Shown in pieces: positions 18,202 to 26,715 of a stretch of 64,000 nt of DNA. The stretch is taken from assembly GCA_910583735.1 (NCBI GenBank), contig CAJTXS010000007.1, forward strand, positions 1,469-65,468, read 5' to 3'. The DNA is from an uncultured Christensenella sp. (GTDB lineage: Bacteria; Bacillota; Clostridia; Christensenellales; UBA3700). Numbering within the stretch: position 1 is the first letter of the stretch; each line of letters begins with the position of its first letter. The position numbers and the translations under genes were made by a program. The notes below the pieces were generated by a model. It was not told the origin of the DNA. It was given only the letters and a program-made list of their open reading frames with translations, and did not search any database.

Positions 18202-19115
18202 AGGTTAACCACCGACTTAATTCCGTATTCTCCTTGAATAGCTATACAGTATATCTGCCCGTCAACTGTGACGGCAAAGCGCTCTTGCTCCGTGTTCATC
18301 TGCACACTGACGCCGTTAAGGAATTTATGTCGCAAATTGACAGGCAATTCGTAAATCGGCATATAGTGAGACACGATTTGCGCCGTAGGTATTATGCCCT
18401 CGAGCGCATTAACTTTAATGTCTTCCAAGTTGCGGCATTGAGATAACGTTATATTACCGCTGTATGTGCGTATCAAGCTGCTCATACATGCGTCGGCGCC
18501 GCAATATTGAGCTATGTCTCGTCCCAATGCACGAATATAGGTGCCGCTTCCGCAGTCGATATCAATTAACATTGTCTTACAGCTATCGCTGTCGGACATT
18601 GTATCGGCATAATTCTCTATGCCGTTGATTGCAATTATGCGGATATCGGAGATATTTACCGCTACGGGTTTAAGTTCCACATCGCCGCCCTTACGCATCA
18701 ACTCGTACGCTTTGACGCCGCTTACGCTCTTTGCGCTATACTTAGGAGGCAACTGCATAATCTCTCCTATATTGTTGCGAACCGCTTCCTTGACAGCTCC
18801 GATTGTAGGAATAGGAAGGGAGCTATTCTCGACATTGCCTGTAGTATCGAGCGTATCGGAACTTATACCGAATATAAACTCCGCTCTATATCCTTTGACC
18901 TTGTCGGACATGATGCCGAACAGTCTTGTCGCCTTGCCTACGCAGATAGGCAGCACTCCGCTCGCCATAGGGTCCAATGTCCCTGTATGTCCGACTTTGA
19001 TTTTTACGCCTAATTGATTGTAAATGGCGCGCTTAACTATTCCGACGACTGCTGCCGACGATATGCCTTGCGGCTTATTAATCGGTATAACCCCGCTTAA
19101 AGACTGTCCCTGCAC
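18192..19115 (-). CDS. truB: tRNA pseudouridine-55 synthase
   Basis: 307 aa with catalytic Asp motif GHTGTLDPMASGVLP. Conserved position between the DHH gene and ribF. Confidence 0.95.
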   Translation of the reverse strand: MQGQSLSGVIPINKPQGISSAAVVGIVKRAIYNQLGVKIKVGHTGTLDPMASGVLPICVGKATRLFGIMSDKVKGYRAEFIFGISSDTLDTTGNVENSSLPIPTIGAVKEAVRNNIGEIMQLPPKYSAKSVSGVKAYELMRKGGDVELKPVAVNISDIRIIAINGIENYADTMSDSDSCKTMLIDIDCGSGTYIRALGRDIAQYCGADACMSSLIRTYSGNITLSQCRNLEDIKVNALEGIIPTAQIVSHYMPIYELPVNLRHKFLNGVSVQMNTEQERFAVTVDGQIYCIAIQGEYGIKSVVNLWE

Positions 19116-20089
19116 GCCTTTAGCACCTTGTCCTTAACGTCTTCGTAATATCCCGATATTCTGCATCCTGCGGCTCGTTCATGACCGCCGCCGCCGAATA
19201 CGGACGCAATATAGTTGGCGCTTACGCTACCGTCCGTGCGCAAACTTATCTTGTAACTCTTGTCTCCAACCTCAACTATAGATACGGCAATGACGACGCC
19301 CTCTACATTGAGAATATTATTGATAATCCCGTCGGTATCCGATGATGTAGTGCATGTCTCTTCGAAATCGGTTGCAGTGATATTAATCAAAGCAATTTTA
19401 CCTTCTTCAAAAAATTTCGAACGGGATAGCACCCTGCATCTGAGCGCAAATACCTGCGGAGTAACCGTCTTGATGAAATGCTCTATTATCTTATCCGCTC
19501 TTATGTCGTAGTTGAGCAATTCCGCCGCGGTCAGCATCGTATCCTCGCTTACTGACGAGAATGAGAAGGCTCCGCTATCTGTGACCAGCGCGCTATATAG
19601 CAATTTAGCCGTAATGCTATCCATACAAGCGCTACTATTTGAACATATTGCCTTAATTACTTTATACATTATTTGCGCCGTTGCGGCAGCTTGAGTAACT
19701 ATTAGGTGAAGATAAGGAATATTGCCCGAATAAGGGTGATGATCGATTATAATCCTGTCTCCGGCGCGCATGAATACCGTAGACATTGTGCCCATTCTTG
19801 CCTCGTCATGACAGTCTACGGCAATTGCCAAATCGTATCTTTGCTGCGTAGGCGCATTTATTATACAGAACGCTCCGTCAAGATAACACAGCTTGGCGCT
19901 TGGCTTGTCGTCGCAGTATACGTCTGCATCGATACCCGCGCCGCGCAATATTCTGCATAAAGCAAGCCCCGAGCCGAGAGTATCTCCGTCGGGGTTGATA
20001 TGGCATATTATAGCTGCTTTCTGCGCGGCAAGCGCGCGGCTTGCTATATTGTCGATCAGCATTTCAACGGTCTTGCCCGCGTTCCTCAC
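19097..20089 (-). CDS. DHH/DHHA1 family phosphoesterase (NrnA-like nanoRNase/pAp phosphatase)
   Basis: 330 aa. HINPDGDTLGS, IIDHHP, and DHHA1 GGGGHERAAG. Confidence 0.88.
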   Translation of the reverse strand: MRNAGKTVEMLIDNIASRALAAQKAAIICHINPDGDTLGSGLALCRILRGAGIDADVYCDDKPSAKLCYLDGAFCIINAPTQQRYDLAIAVDCHDEARMGTMSTVFMRAGDRIIIDHHPYSGNIPYLHLIVTQAAATAQIMYKVIKAICSNSSACMDSITAKLLYSALVTDSGAFSFSSVSEDTMLTAAELLNYDIRADKIIEHFIKTVTPQVFALRCRVLSRSKFFEEGKIALINITATDFEETCTTSSDTDGIINNILNVEGVVIAVSIVEVGDKSYKISLRTDGSVSANYIASVFGGGGHERAAGCRISGYYEDVKDKVLKACRDSL

Positions 20090-20420
20090 CGCTATTTATC
20101 TCCCTGATTATCTTATCGATCTTTATGCTGTAGTCTACGCTGTCGTCATAGTAAAACTTGAGCGAAGGCATAGCGCGCAACTTTATTCTTTCCGCTATGC
20201 GCGCGCGGATATAACCTGCAGCGCTGTTTAATCCCGCAACCACTTCTTGAGGATCGGCTCCGTATACGCTTACATATACTTTCGCTTGGTCGAGCTCCGT
20301 ATCGGTTCTTACGGACATAACGCTTATCATACCGCTTACGCGAGGGTCTTTTACGCCGTCGGCAAGTACCGAAGAAAGCTGCTTCTTAATCTCGGAATCT
20401 ACTCGCTCAATTCTTCCCAT
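20064..20420 (-). CDS. rbfA: Ribosome-binding factor A
   Basis: 118 aa. RIERVDSEIKKQLS ... KDPRVSGMISVMSVRTDTELDQAKVYVS. Immediately downstream of infB. Confidence 0.94.
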   Translation of the reverse strand: MGRIERVDSEIKKQLSSVLADGVKDPRVSGMISVMSVRTDTELDQAKVYVSVYGADPQEVVAGLNSAAGYIRARIAERIKLRAMPSLKFYYDDSVDYSIKIDKIIREINSGEERGQDR

Positions 20421-22956
20421 TATTATTCACCTGCACGAGTAAATACGCCTCTATGATATCGCCTTTCTTTATGTCGCCCCATTTCTGAAGACCTACGCCG
20501 CACTCGTAACCGTGCGCCACGTCTTTAGCGTCGTCCTTCTCTCTCTTAAGCGAGTTGAGCACACCGTTATAGATAATGATATTGTCGCGGATAAGTCTAA
20601 GCTTGCATCCTCTGCTGAGCTTACCGTCGGTGACATAACATCCCGCGATATTGCCTACACCCGTTATCTTAAAGACTTCTCTTATCTCCGCATGACCGAT
20701 AATATCCTCTTCGTAGATAGGCTCTGTCATGCCGTTGAGTATGTTGGTGACATCGTCGATAGCGTCGTAAATAATCGAATATGTGCGTATCTCCACGCCG
20801 CATCTGTCTGCAAGCGCCTTTGCCTTGGGTTCGGCTTTGACATTGAATCCGATTACGAGCGCCTTAGCCGTATCGGCGAGCATAATATCCGACTCGCTGA
20901 TTGCGCCCGCTGCGCTGTGAATAATGCGTATTACGACATTCTGTCCGCTCATCTCTTCGCTCAGCTTAAGCATCGACTGAGTAACCGCTTCCACGGAGCC
21001 CTGAACATCGCCCTTGATGATGATAGACAACTTCTTGACTTCGCCGTCGCCTGCTTTGCGGAACATCTCTTCGAGCGTGCGCAGACCTGTGACCTTATTC
21101 GCTTGCTCATTCTTTTCCTTGGCGGCGCGTTCTTCGGCAACTTGCTTGCCTAAGGCGGCATCTTTAACCGCTACGAGATTGTCTCCGGCATTAGGCACCG
21201 CGGTAAAGCCTTGCGCCTGCACTGCAAAGGAAGGACCTGCCTCCTTTACGCGTCTGCCGGTATAATCTGTCATCGCCCTTATTCTGCCCGTAGATGTACC
21301 CGCTACGATAAAGTCGCCAACCTTGAGCGTGCCGCTCTGAACGAGTACGGTAGCTACGGGACCGAGTCCCTTATCGAGCCTTGCCTCGATAATCGAGCCT
21401 TGAGCCATGCCGTCCTTATTGGCTGTGAGTTCCATTACATCCGCTACGAGCAATACGCTCTCGAGCAACTCATGGACTCCCTCTCCGCTCTTTGCGCTGA
21501 CGGGACATACATATACGTCTCCGCCCCATTCTTCGGGCAGCAGACCGTAATTGGGCAATTGATTTTTAATTCTGTCGATATTGGCGCCCGGCTTATCTAT
21601 CTTGTTGACAGCGACTACAATCTGTACGTTAGCCTCTTTTGCATGGTTGATTGCTTCGATTGTCTGAGGCATTATTCCGTCGTCCGCAGCCACAACAATG
21701 ATAGCGATATCGGTCACCATAGCGCCTCTGCGTCTCATAGATGTAAAGGCCTCGTGTCCGGGAGTATCGAGGAATGTTATAGGCTTGGAATCGAGCGAGA
21801 TTGTATAAGCGCCGATGTGCTGCGTAATGCCGCCTGCTTCGCCCTTGACTACATTAGTCTTACGTATATAATCGAGTAATGATGTCTTACCGTGGTCGAC
21901 GTGTCCCATGATGGTGACCACGGGAGGTCTGGGAACGCGGTTGGAATTTCCGCTGTCGGTGACAAGCTGCTCGAGCTTATCCTCTGCGGTTACATCGGGG
22001 ATGTACTCCAAAGAGATCTCGTAATCCATAGCTATAAGAGCCGCGGTTTCGAAGTCGATAGAATCGTTAATAGTAGACATCTTACCCATATCGAATAGCT
22101 TCTTGACTATCTCGGCTGCGCTCCTGCCTATCTTCTCGCTGAATACTTTAATAGGTATGATTTCGGTGTTGACTTCCGCTTTCTCAATCTTAATCGAATT
22201 ACGATTGAATTCCTTTTGCATACGACGTTGCTTCTTGTATCTCACATCTCCGTCATCGTCCGTAGTGCCTTCGAATACATAACCTTTCTTGAGCAAGTCG
22301 CGCTTGTTAAGCGTACGCTTCTCGCTGTCCTTTTGAGTTGTGAAGCCGGTCTTCTTTTTCTTATCGTTTCTATTCTGAGCAAGAGAGGGAGGCGGCACCG
22401 CAGAAGCTGCTCCTCTTCCGCCTAAAGAAGGCATTGCGGGACGTCTCGGAGCAAAGCTATTGCCTGCGCCGCGATTTGCACCGTTGTCGCGAGGGGGGAA
22501 TTTGTTACCCGACGCGGTGGGAACGGACGCAGAATTTCTGCCGAAGCTGTCACGCTTCTTCTTATCCATATTGATAAGGTCGGGATTGATATACGTAGTC
22601 TTTGTGCGCAATCTGTCATCTGCGACAGCATCCGATTCCGCAGTCTTGACCTCGGGCTTTACGACAGGCTGCTCGGTAGCAACGGGCTCTTTAACGGCGC
22701 CGCCCTCGGGCTGAGCGACCGGCGTTGCGGAAGAAGCGTCCTTGCCGGCTTGTTCCAGCTGCGCCGCTAACTTAGCCTCTTCTTCTCTGCGCACCGCCTC
22801 AAGCATAGCGTCCTTCTTAGACTTGATTATGCGTAAGAGCGAAGGTACTTTCTCTTTAGCCTCGCCTACTTTGGCAAGCAAAGGCTTAAGCCTGCCCTCT
22901 ATATTTTGCTTGGCTTCTTTAAGAGCTTTAAGCTGTTCGTTTTTCTCGTTACTCAC
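20407..22956 (-). CDS. infB: Translation initiation factor IF-2
   Basis: 849 aa. Low-complexity N-terminal region. GTPase G1 GHVDHGKTSLLD, G3 DTPGHEAF, G4 NKID. Confidence 0.97.
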   Translation of the reverse strand: MSNEKNEQLKALKEAKQNIEGRLKPLLAKVGEAKEKVPSLLRIIKSKKDAMLEAVRREEEAKLAAQLEQAGKDASSATPVAQPEGGAVKEPVATEQPVVKPEVKTAESDAVADDRLRTKTTYINPDLINMDKKKRDSFGRNSASVPTASGNKFPPRDNGANRGAGNSFAPRRPAMPSLGGRGAASAVPPPSLAQNRNDKKKKTGFTTQKDSEKRTLNKRDLLKKGYVFEGTTDDDGDVRYKKQRRMQKEFNRNSIKIEKAEVNTEIIPIKVFSEKIGRSAAEIVKKLFDMGKMSTINDSIDFETAALIAMDYEISLEYIPDVTAEDKLEQLVTDSGNSNRVPRPPVVTIMGHVDHGKTSLLDYIRKTNVVKGEAGGITQHIGAYTISLDSKPITFLDTPGHEAFTSMRRRGAMVTDIAIIVVAADDGIMPQTIEAINHAKEANVQIVVAVNKIDKPGANIDRIKNQLPNYGLLPEEWGGDVYVCPVSAKSGEGVHELLESVLLVADVMELTANKDGMAQGSIIEARLDKGLGPVATVLVQSGTLKVGDFIVAGTSTGRIRAMTDYTGRRVKEAGPSFAVQAQGFTAVPNAGDNLVAVKDAALGKQVAEERAAKEKNEQANKVTGLRTLEEMFRKAGDGEVKKLSIIIKGDVQGSVEAVTQSMLKLSEEMSGQNVVIRIIHSAAGAISESDIMLADTAKALVIGFNVKAEPKAKALADRCGVEIRTYSIIYDAIDDVTNILNGMTEPIYEEDIIGHAEIREVFKITGVGNIAGCYVTDGKLSRGCKLRLIRDNIIIYNGVLNSLKREKDDAKDVAHGYECGVGLQKWGDIKKGDIIEAYLLVQVNNNGKN

Positions 22957-22980
22957 ACTATACCTCCGTCTCCGGTTATA

Positions 22981-23274
22981 TTATATATTCTGCCGTATCG
23001 CATCCGCAAGGTCTGCGTTGGTTACGGCAATCAGTTTAACGTTGTCCCTTCCGGTCAACTCGCTCAATATATGCTCTTGGTCGAGGCGCAGACAGTCTAT
23101 ATTGCGTAAGGATAGCAGATTATCCAGCTTTCTTACGCCGTTAGCCGTCAAGGAAGAGTCGTATATTATTAATTTGGCTTTGTCGCTGTGGGATATGAGA
23201 TTGTCAAGTCCCCATAGCACTGCGCCCGACTTAATCGCAAAGCCGATATACGTCTTAACCTTTCCTATTATCAT
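22981..23274 (-). CDS. ylxQ: L7Ae/L30e-family RNA-binding protein (YlxQ-like)
   Basis: 97 aa. GFAIKSGAVLWG motif and the conserved slot between ylxR and infB. Confidence 0.8.
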   Translation of the reverse strand: MIIGKVKTYIGFAIKSGAVLWGLDNLISHSDKAKLIIYDSSLTANGVRKLDNLLSLRNIDCLRLDQEHILSELTGRDNVKLIAVTNADLADAIRQNI

Positions 23275-23521
23275 ACGCTTGCTTAATCGCCTCGTATGTG
23301 TCGTCGGATACGGACACGTCCAAAGCTTTGCCTACCAATTTATTTTTGACGCATTTGGCTATGCAATCGGGGTTATCGCATATATATGCTCCTCTCCCCG
23401 CCGCTTTGCCGCTGAAGTCGAGACCGACAGCGCCGTCCTTGTCCCTAACTATGCGCAGCATCTCCTTTTTAGGCAGCTCGCTGCGGCATGCAATGCACAT
23501 CCTTAAAGGCGTCTTCTTCAT
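23255..23521 (-). CDS. ylxR: YlxR/RnpM family (DUF448) RNA-binding protein
   Basis: 88 aa. PLRMCIACR ... GRGAYIC. Directly downstream of nusA. Confidence 0.88.
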   Translation of the reverse strand: MKKTPLRMCIACRSELPKKEMLRIVRDKDGAVGLDFSGKAAGRGAYICDNPDCIAKCVKNKLVGKALDVSVSDDTYEAIKQAYDNRKG

Positions 23522-23522
23522 T

Positions 23523-24599
23523 TTATTCGTCCAGCGCGCTGTCGAGCATGCTGCTCACTGCGGAATAAGGCTTGACGTCTATCTTCCAATCGGTGAGTTT
23601 TGCCGCAAGTCTTACGTTTTGACCCGCCTTGCCGATAGCAAGCGAAAGTTTGTCGTCGGGGACAATCGCCTTAGCGCTCTTCTCCTCGTCGTTAACCTGT
23701 ACCATAAGCGCCTTGGCGGGGCTGAGGGAGCGAGCTATAAATTCGCTGGGCTCGGAGCACCAGTGAATTATATCTATCTTCTCGCCGGCGAGCTCTTGAA
23801 TTATGTTGTTGATACGCATTCCGCGCTGACCTATGCAGCAGCCTACGCAATCGAGCGAAGGGTCGTCGGAGTACACAGCCATCTTAGTCCTGTATCCGGC
23901 CTCGCGCACAATCTTCTTAATCTCGACAAGACCGCTCTTGATTTCCGGTACTTCTATCTCGAACAGTCTCTTTACAAAGCCTACGCAACCGCGAGACACT
24001 ACTACCTGCGAATTGCCGTGGAGCGAACTGCGCACTGCCTTGACATATACTTTGATTACGTCGTTTACTTTATATCTTTCGCCGCGGATCTGATCGGAGG
24101 GCATCATTATACCTTCCATCTGCGTGCCGGACATCTCTACATATACGTTGCCGCTGTCGATACGGCGGATTATCGCGGTGACTATCTCGCCGCTCTTTTC
24201 TGTCATTTCGCTCTCTGCCATAGTCCTGCAAGCGTCGTTGATGCGCTGCATGATAACTTGCTTAGCGGTCTGCGCGGCAATGCGGGTAAACATTTTGGGA
24301 GAAAGCTCTTCCTCTATCACTCTGTCGCCTACTTTATAACTCGGGCGGATAGCTTGAGCTTCTTCGAGAGTGAGTTCCTTCTCAGGATCTTCGACTTCGT
24401 CTACAACCAGCTTGTAGGTGAACACTCTAATCGTGCTGCGGGCGGGAGTGAGCTGAACTTCGATGTAGCGCGCTTCGCCTCTCTCCTTCTTATATGCGGA
24501 AGCAATACCCGCCTCCAACGACTCGACGAATAAATCTTTGTTGATCTTTTTCTCTTTATCAAGCGCGTCGAGCGCAGAAAAGAAGTCTTTGTTTTGCAT
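23523..24599 (-). CDS. nusA: Transcription termination/antitermination factor NusA
   Basis: 358 aa. N-terminal domain, S1 domain (GEIVTAIIRRIDSGNVYVEM), KH domains (CIGQRGMRINNI; AIGKAGQNVRLA). Confidence 0.97.
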   Translation of the reverse strand: MQNKDFFSALDALDKEKKINKDLFVESLEAGIASAYKKERGEARYIEVQLTPARSTIRVFTYKLVVDEVEDPEKELTLEEAQAIRPSYKVGDRVIEEELSPKMFTRIAAQTAKQVIMQRINDACRTMAESEMTEKSGEIVTAIIRRIDSGNVYVEMSGTQMEGIMMPSDQIRGERYKVNDVIKVYVKAVRSSLHGNSQVVVSRGCVGFVKRLFEIEVPEIKSGLVEIKKIVREAGYRTKMAVYSDDPSLDCVGCCIGQRGMRINNIIQELAGEKIDIIHWCSEPSEFIARSLSPAKALMVQVNDEEKSAKAIVPDDKLSLAIGKAGQNVRLAAKLTDWKIDVKPYSAVSSMLDSALDE

Positions 24600-24608
24600 C
24601 TTGTCCTC

Positions 24609-25067
24609 CTAAAACGTAATAGTCGGCTTAGCTACCGCTATTTGCTTAATATTAAGTGTTATTTGTTCGCCGTCGACATTCGCGACGATATTATCGTTGT
24701 CATAGCTTACGAGCGTGCAAGTGAATTTCTTCTTGCCGCCGATAGGCTCATATAGAGATATGTCTATGCTCTTGCCTATATTTTTCATATAGTCGCGCTC
24801 GAGCTTAAGAGGTCTGTCGAGCCCGGGCGACGAGACGTTGAGATTATACGCCGCGCCCGCAGTCGGGTCGAGCTCGTCGAGCGGCCCGTCTATAAGGCGA
24901 TGAATCTTTTCGCAGTCGTCCAAGCTGACGCCGCCCTCTTTATCGATATAGACTATCAGCGTGGGTGTGCCGTACAGCTTCTTATATTCGACCTCGACAA
25001 GCTCCATGCCGTTAGCCTCGATAATCGGCTTGACAAGCGCCGCCGTGGAGTCGCAAATCTTAGACAT
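24609..25067 (-). CDS. rimP: Ribosome maturation factor RimP
   Basis: 152 aa. GMELVEVEY ... LIVYIDKEGGVSLDDCE ... LNVSSPGLDRPL. First gene of the nusA operon. Confidence 0.93.
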   Translation of the reverse strand: MSKICDSTAALVKPIIEANGMELVEVEYKKLYGTPTLIVYIDKEGGVSLDDCEKIHRLIDGPLDELDPTAGAAYNLNVSSPGLDRPLKLERDYMKNIGKSIDISLYEPIGGKKKFTCTLVSYDNDNIVANVDGEQITLNIKQIAVAKPTITF

Positions 25068-25082
25068 ATGCCCTCACATAGT

Positions 25083-25111
25083 TTGAGCGACCGATTGACT
25101 CGGTCGCTCAA
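25083..25111 (-). promoter_or_regulatory. Perfect 12-bp GC-rich hairpin in the rimP-nusA 5' leader (no U-tract)
   Basis: TTGAGCGACCGA-ttgac-TCGGTCGCTCAA. It lies between the predicted promoter (25132-25160) and the rimP SD GAGGG. On the minus strand it is followed by ACTATGTGAGGGCATATG, so it is not a canonical terminator. Confidence 0.6.
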
Positions 25112-25131
25112 GAAAAGTATCTTGTGTAATT

Positions 25132-25160
25132 ATTATATCACCTATTATTGTCTATTGCAA
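25132..25160 (-). promoter_or_regulatory. Sigma-A-type promoter of the rimP-nusA-infB operon
   Basis: Minus strand TTGCAA - 17 nt - TATAAT with extended -10 (TGATATAAT). Located 16 nt downstream of the exonuclease-gene stop. Confidence 0.6.
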
Positions 25161-25176
25161 TCGTTTTTACACACAA

Positions 25177-26715
25177 TCAGCCATTATTGTGCGTACTCGA
25201 GTACTCTTCGAGCGCCGCGTACAGCTTAGCCGTAGCGATACAGTCGGCGTATGCTCTATGCGCGTTGACGAGCGAAATGCCGAAGTGTTGGCATAATGCG
25301 GACAGATTGTGTCTGCCCTCTACTCTGAGATTATCAGCCATGATGAGCGTATCAATTCGCCTGTTCGCGGGCGGAGCGATTCCGCACTGCTTGCATACTC
25401 TGTCCAAGATTATGTAATCGTAGCCCAATCCGTTATGCGCAATAAGCGGAGCGTCGCCGATAAATTTTAGTACGTCGGGCAATACGCTTTCCAGATACGG
25501 CGCTTCCTTTACGTCGCTGTCGTATATGCCGTGTATTCGAGAAGAATCCTCGGGGATATGCTTCTTCGGATCGACAAAAGTATCGAAGTACTCGGTGACT
25601 TTCCCGTCGATCATCTTGGCAAGTCCTATCTCTATTATATCGCAAGTGGCGGGATTCAGCCCTGTCGTCTCAAAGTCGAGAGCCACGAAAGTATGTCCTA
25701 TAATTGCGGAAGAATTGAACGCAGACATCTGCATCAGATTGTCGTAATTGTCGTTATAAGGAATAGAAGCGACAGGCTTATATTCCTTTACGGCTATAGG
25801 CTCGCTCAAATCTATCGAGTCGTAATCTATCTCGCATGTGGACAGTCTGGTCACTACGAGTTTAGACGAGCCGAAACCGTCTTCGTCGGGATAATCGCCC
25901 ATCACTATCACCTGATCGCCGTCCTTGAGCGCGCCGAGCACTCCTCTCTTCTTACTGCGGGTGAACTTGATACATTCCGCCTTACCGGTAGTGTCGTCGA
26001 GAATAAATGTGTGATAGAAGTATCCGCGTTTGCTCGTCTTGGTGGTGAGATTGGATACGGTGCCCGCAATACATATTTCGGAACCTTTAAGCGGAGCTTT
26101 GGCAATATACGAGGCTTTATTCGTCACTGTATCGCCGAGCAAAGCAGACGCCTTGTCTACATTGTGGTAATAACCTTTGACTATACGCATCTGCACTGCG
26201 GGCTTGAGAGCAAAGCTCTCTCCCGTGTCGCCTAAATTTACCAACTTGATTCTAATATCCGTGCAATATGAGGCGTCTATGTAATCTTTTACCGATTGAG
26301 CAATCGAATTGGATGAGAATGCGGTATACATGTAATCGGGCAATCTGATTTCCGCAGTAACTTCTCCGTCCGCAATCTTAACTTTAATACTACCTGCGGG
26401 GATTTGCGAACAAAACGCATTGTAATTACGCGACAGATACTGCAAGATGACTCTTGATATTACCTCTTCGTTGAAGTATACTTTCTTATAATCTATCTTG
26501 ATATCGAACTCCACGCCCGCGGATGAAAATATTTCTCTGACTGCGGAGAATATTTCTTCTTTAACCGTATCGGTAAGCGACGTATCGCAGAAAGAATACG
26601 GCGCGGAAAAGACCACCGTCATAGACTTGTCTGACTTGTTGACGAACACGTCTTGCACGCGTAAGAAGCGATATCTATTATCGGTTAAGCTGTCTAATCT
26701 TTCCTTAAATTCCAT
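25177..26715 (-). CDS. PolC-like N-terminal + OB-fold + DEDDh 3'-5' exonuclease protein lacking PHP and polymerase domains
   Basis: 512 aa. OB segment EICIAGTVSNLTTKTSKRGYFYHTFILDDTTGKAECIKF...DGDQVIVMGDY...KLVVTRL. Exo I FVALDFETTG, Exo II LIAHNGLGYDYIIL, Exo III AHRAYADCIATAKLY. These are colinear with the corresponding PolC modules as I recall the B. subtilis sequence. The start overlaps the ispG stop by 11 nt. The stop lies 109 nt before rimP. Confidence 0.75.
   Translation of the reverse strand: MEFKERLDSLTDNRYRFLRVQDVFVNKSDKSMTVVFSAPYSFCDTSLTDTVKEEIFSAVREIFSSAGVEFDIKIDYKKVYFNEEVISRVILQYLSRNYNAFCSQIPAGSIKVKIADGEVTAEIRLPDYMYTAFSSNSIAQSVKDYIDASYCTDIRIKLVNLGDTGESFALKPAVQMRIVKGYYHNVDKASALLGDTVTNKASYIAKAPLKGSEICIAGTVSNLTTKTSKRGYFYHTFILDDTTGKAECIKFTRSKKRGVLGALKDGDQVIVMGDYPDEDGFGSSKLVVTRLSTCEIDYDSIDLSEPIAVKEYKPVASIPYNDNYDNLMQMSAFNSSAIIGHTFVALDFETTGLNPATCDIIEIGLAKMIDGKVTEYFDTFVDPKKHIPEDSSRIHGIYDSDVKEAPYLESVLPDVLKFIGDAPLIAHNGLGYDYIILDRVCKQCGIAPPANRRIDTLIMADNLRVEGRHNLSALCQHFGISLVNAHRAYADCIATAKLYAALEEYSSTHNNG

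Noticed and set aside
23298-24533. 411-aa plus-strand ORF antisense to nusA. Analogous long plus-strand ORFs are at 27290-28531, 42676-43761, 50251-51927, 59343-60743 and 61673-62731.
   Set aside because: All are codon-aligned mirror frames of confidently identified minus-strand genes. Their translations are Cys/Arg/Tyr/His-rich, low-complexity and motif-free, with no SD. They are explained by avoidance of TTA/CTA/TCA in the sense genes. They are reported as a codon-bias observation, not as genes.
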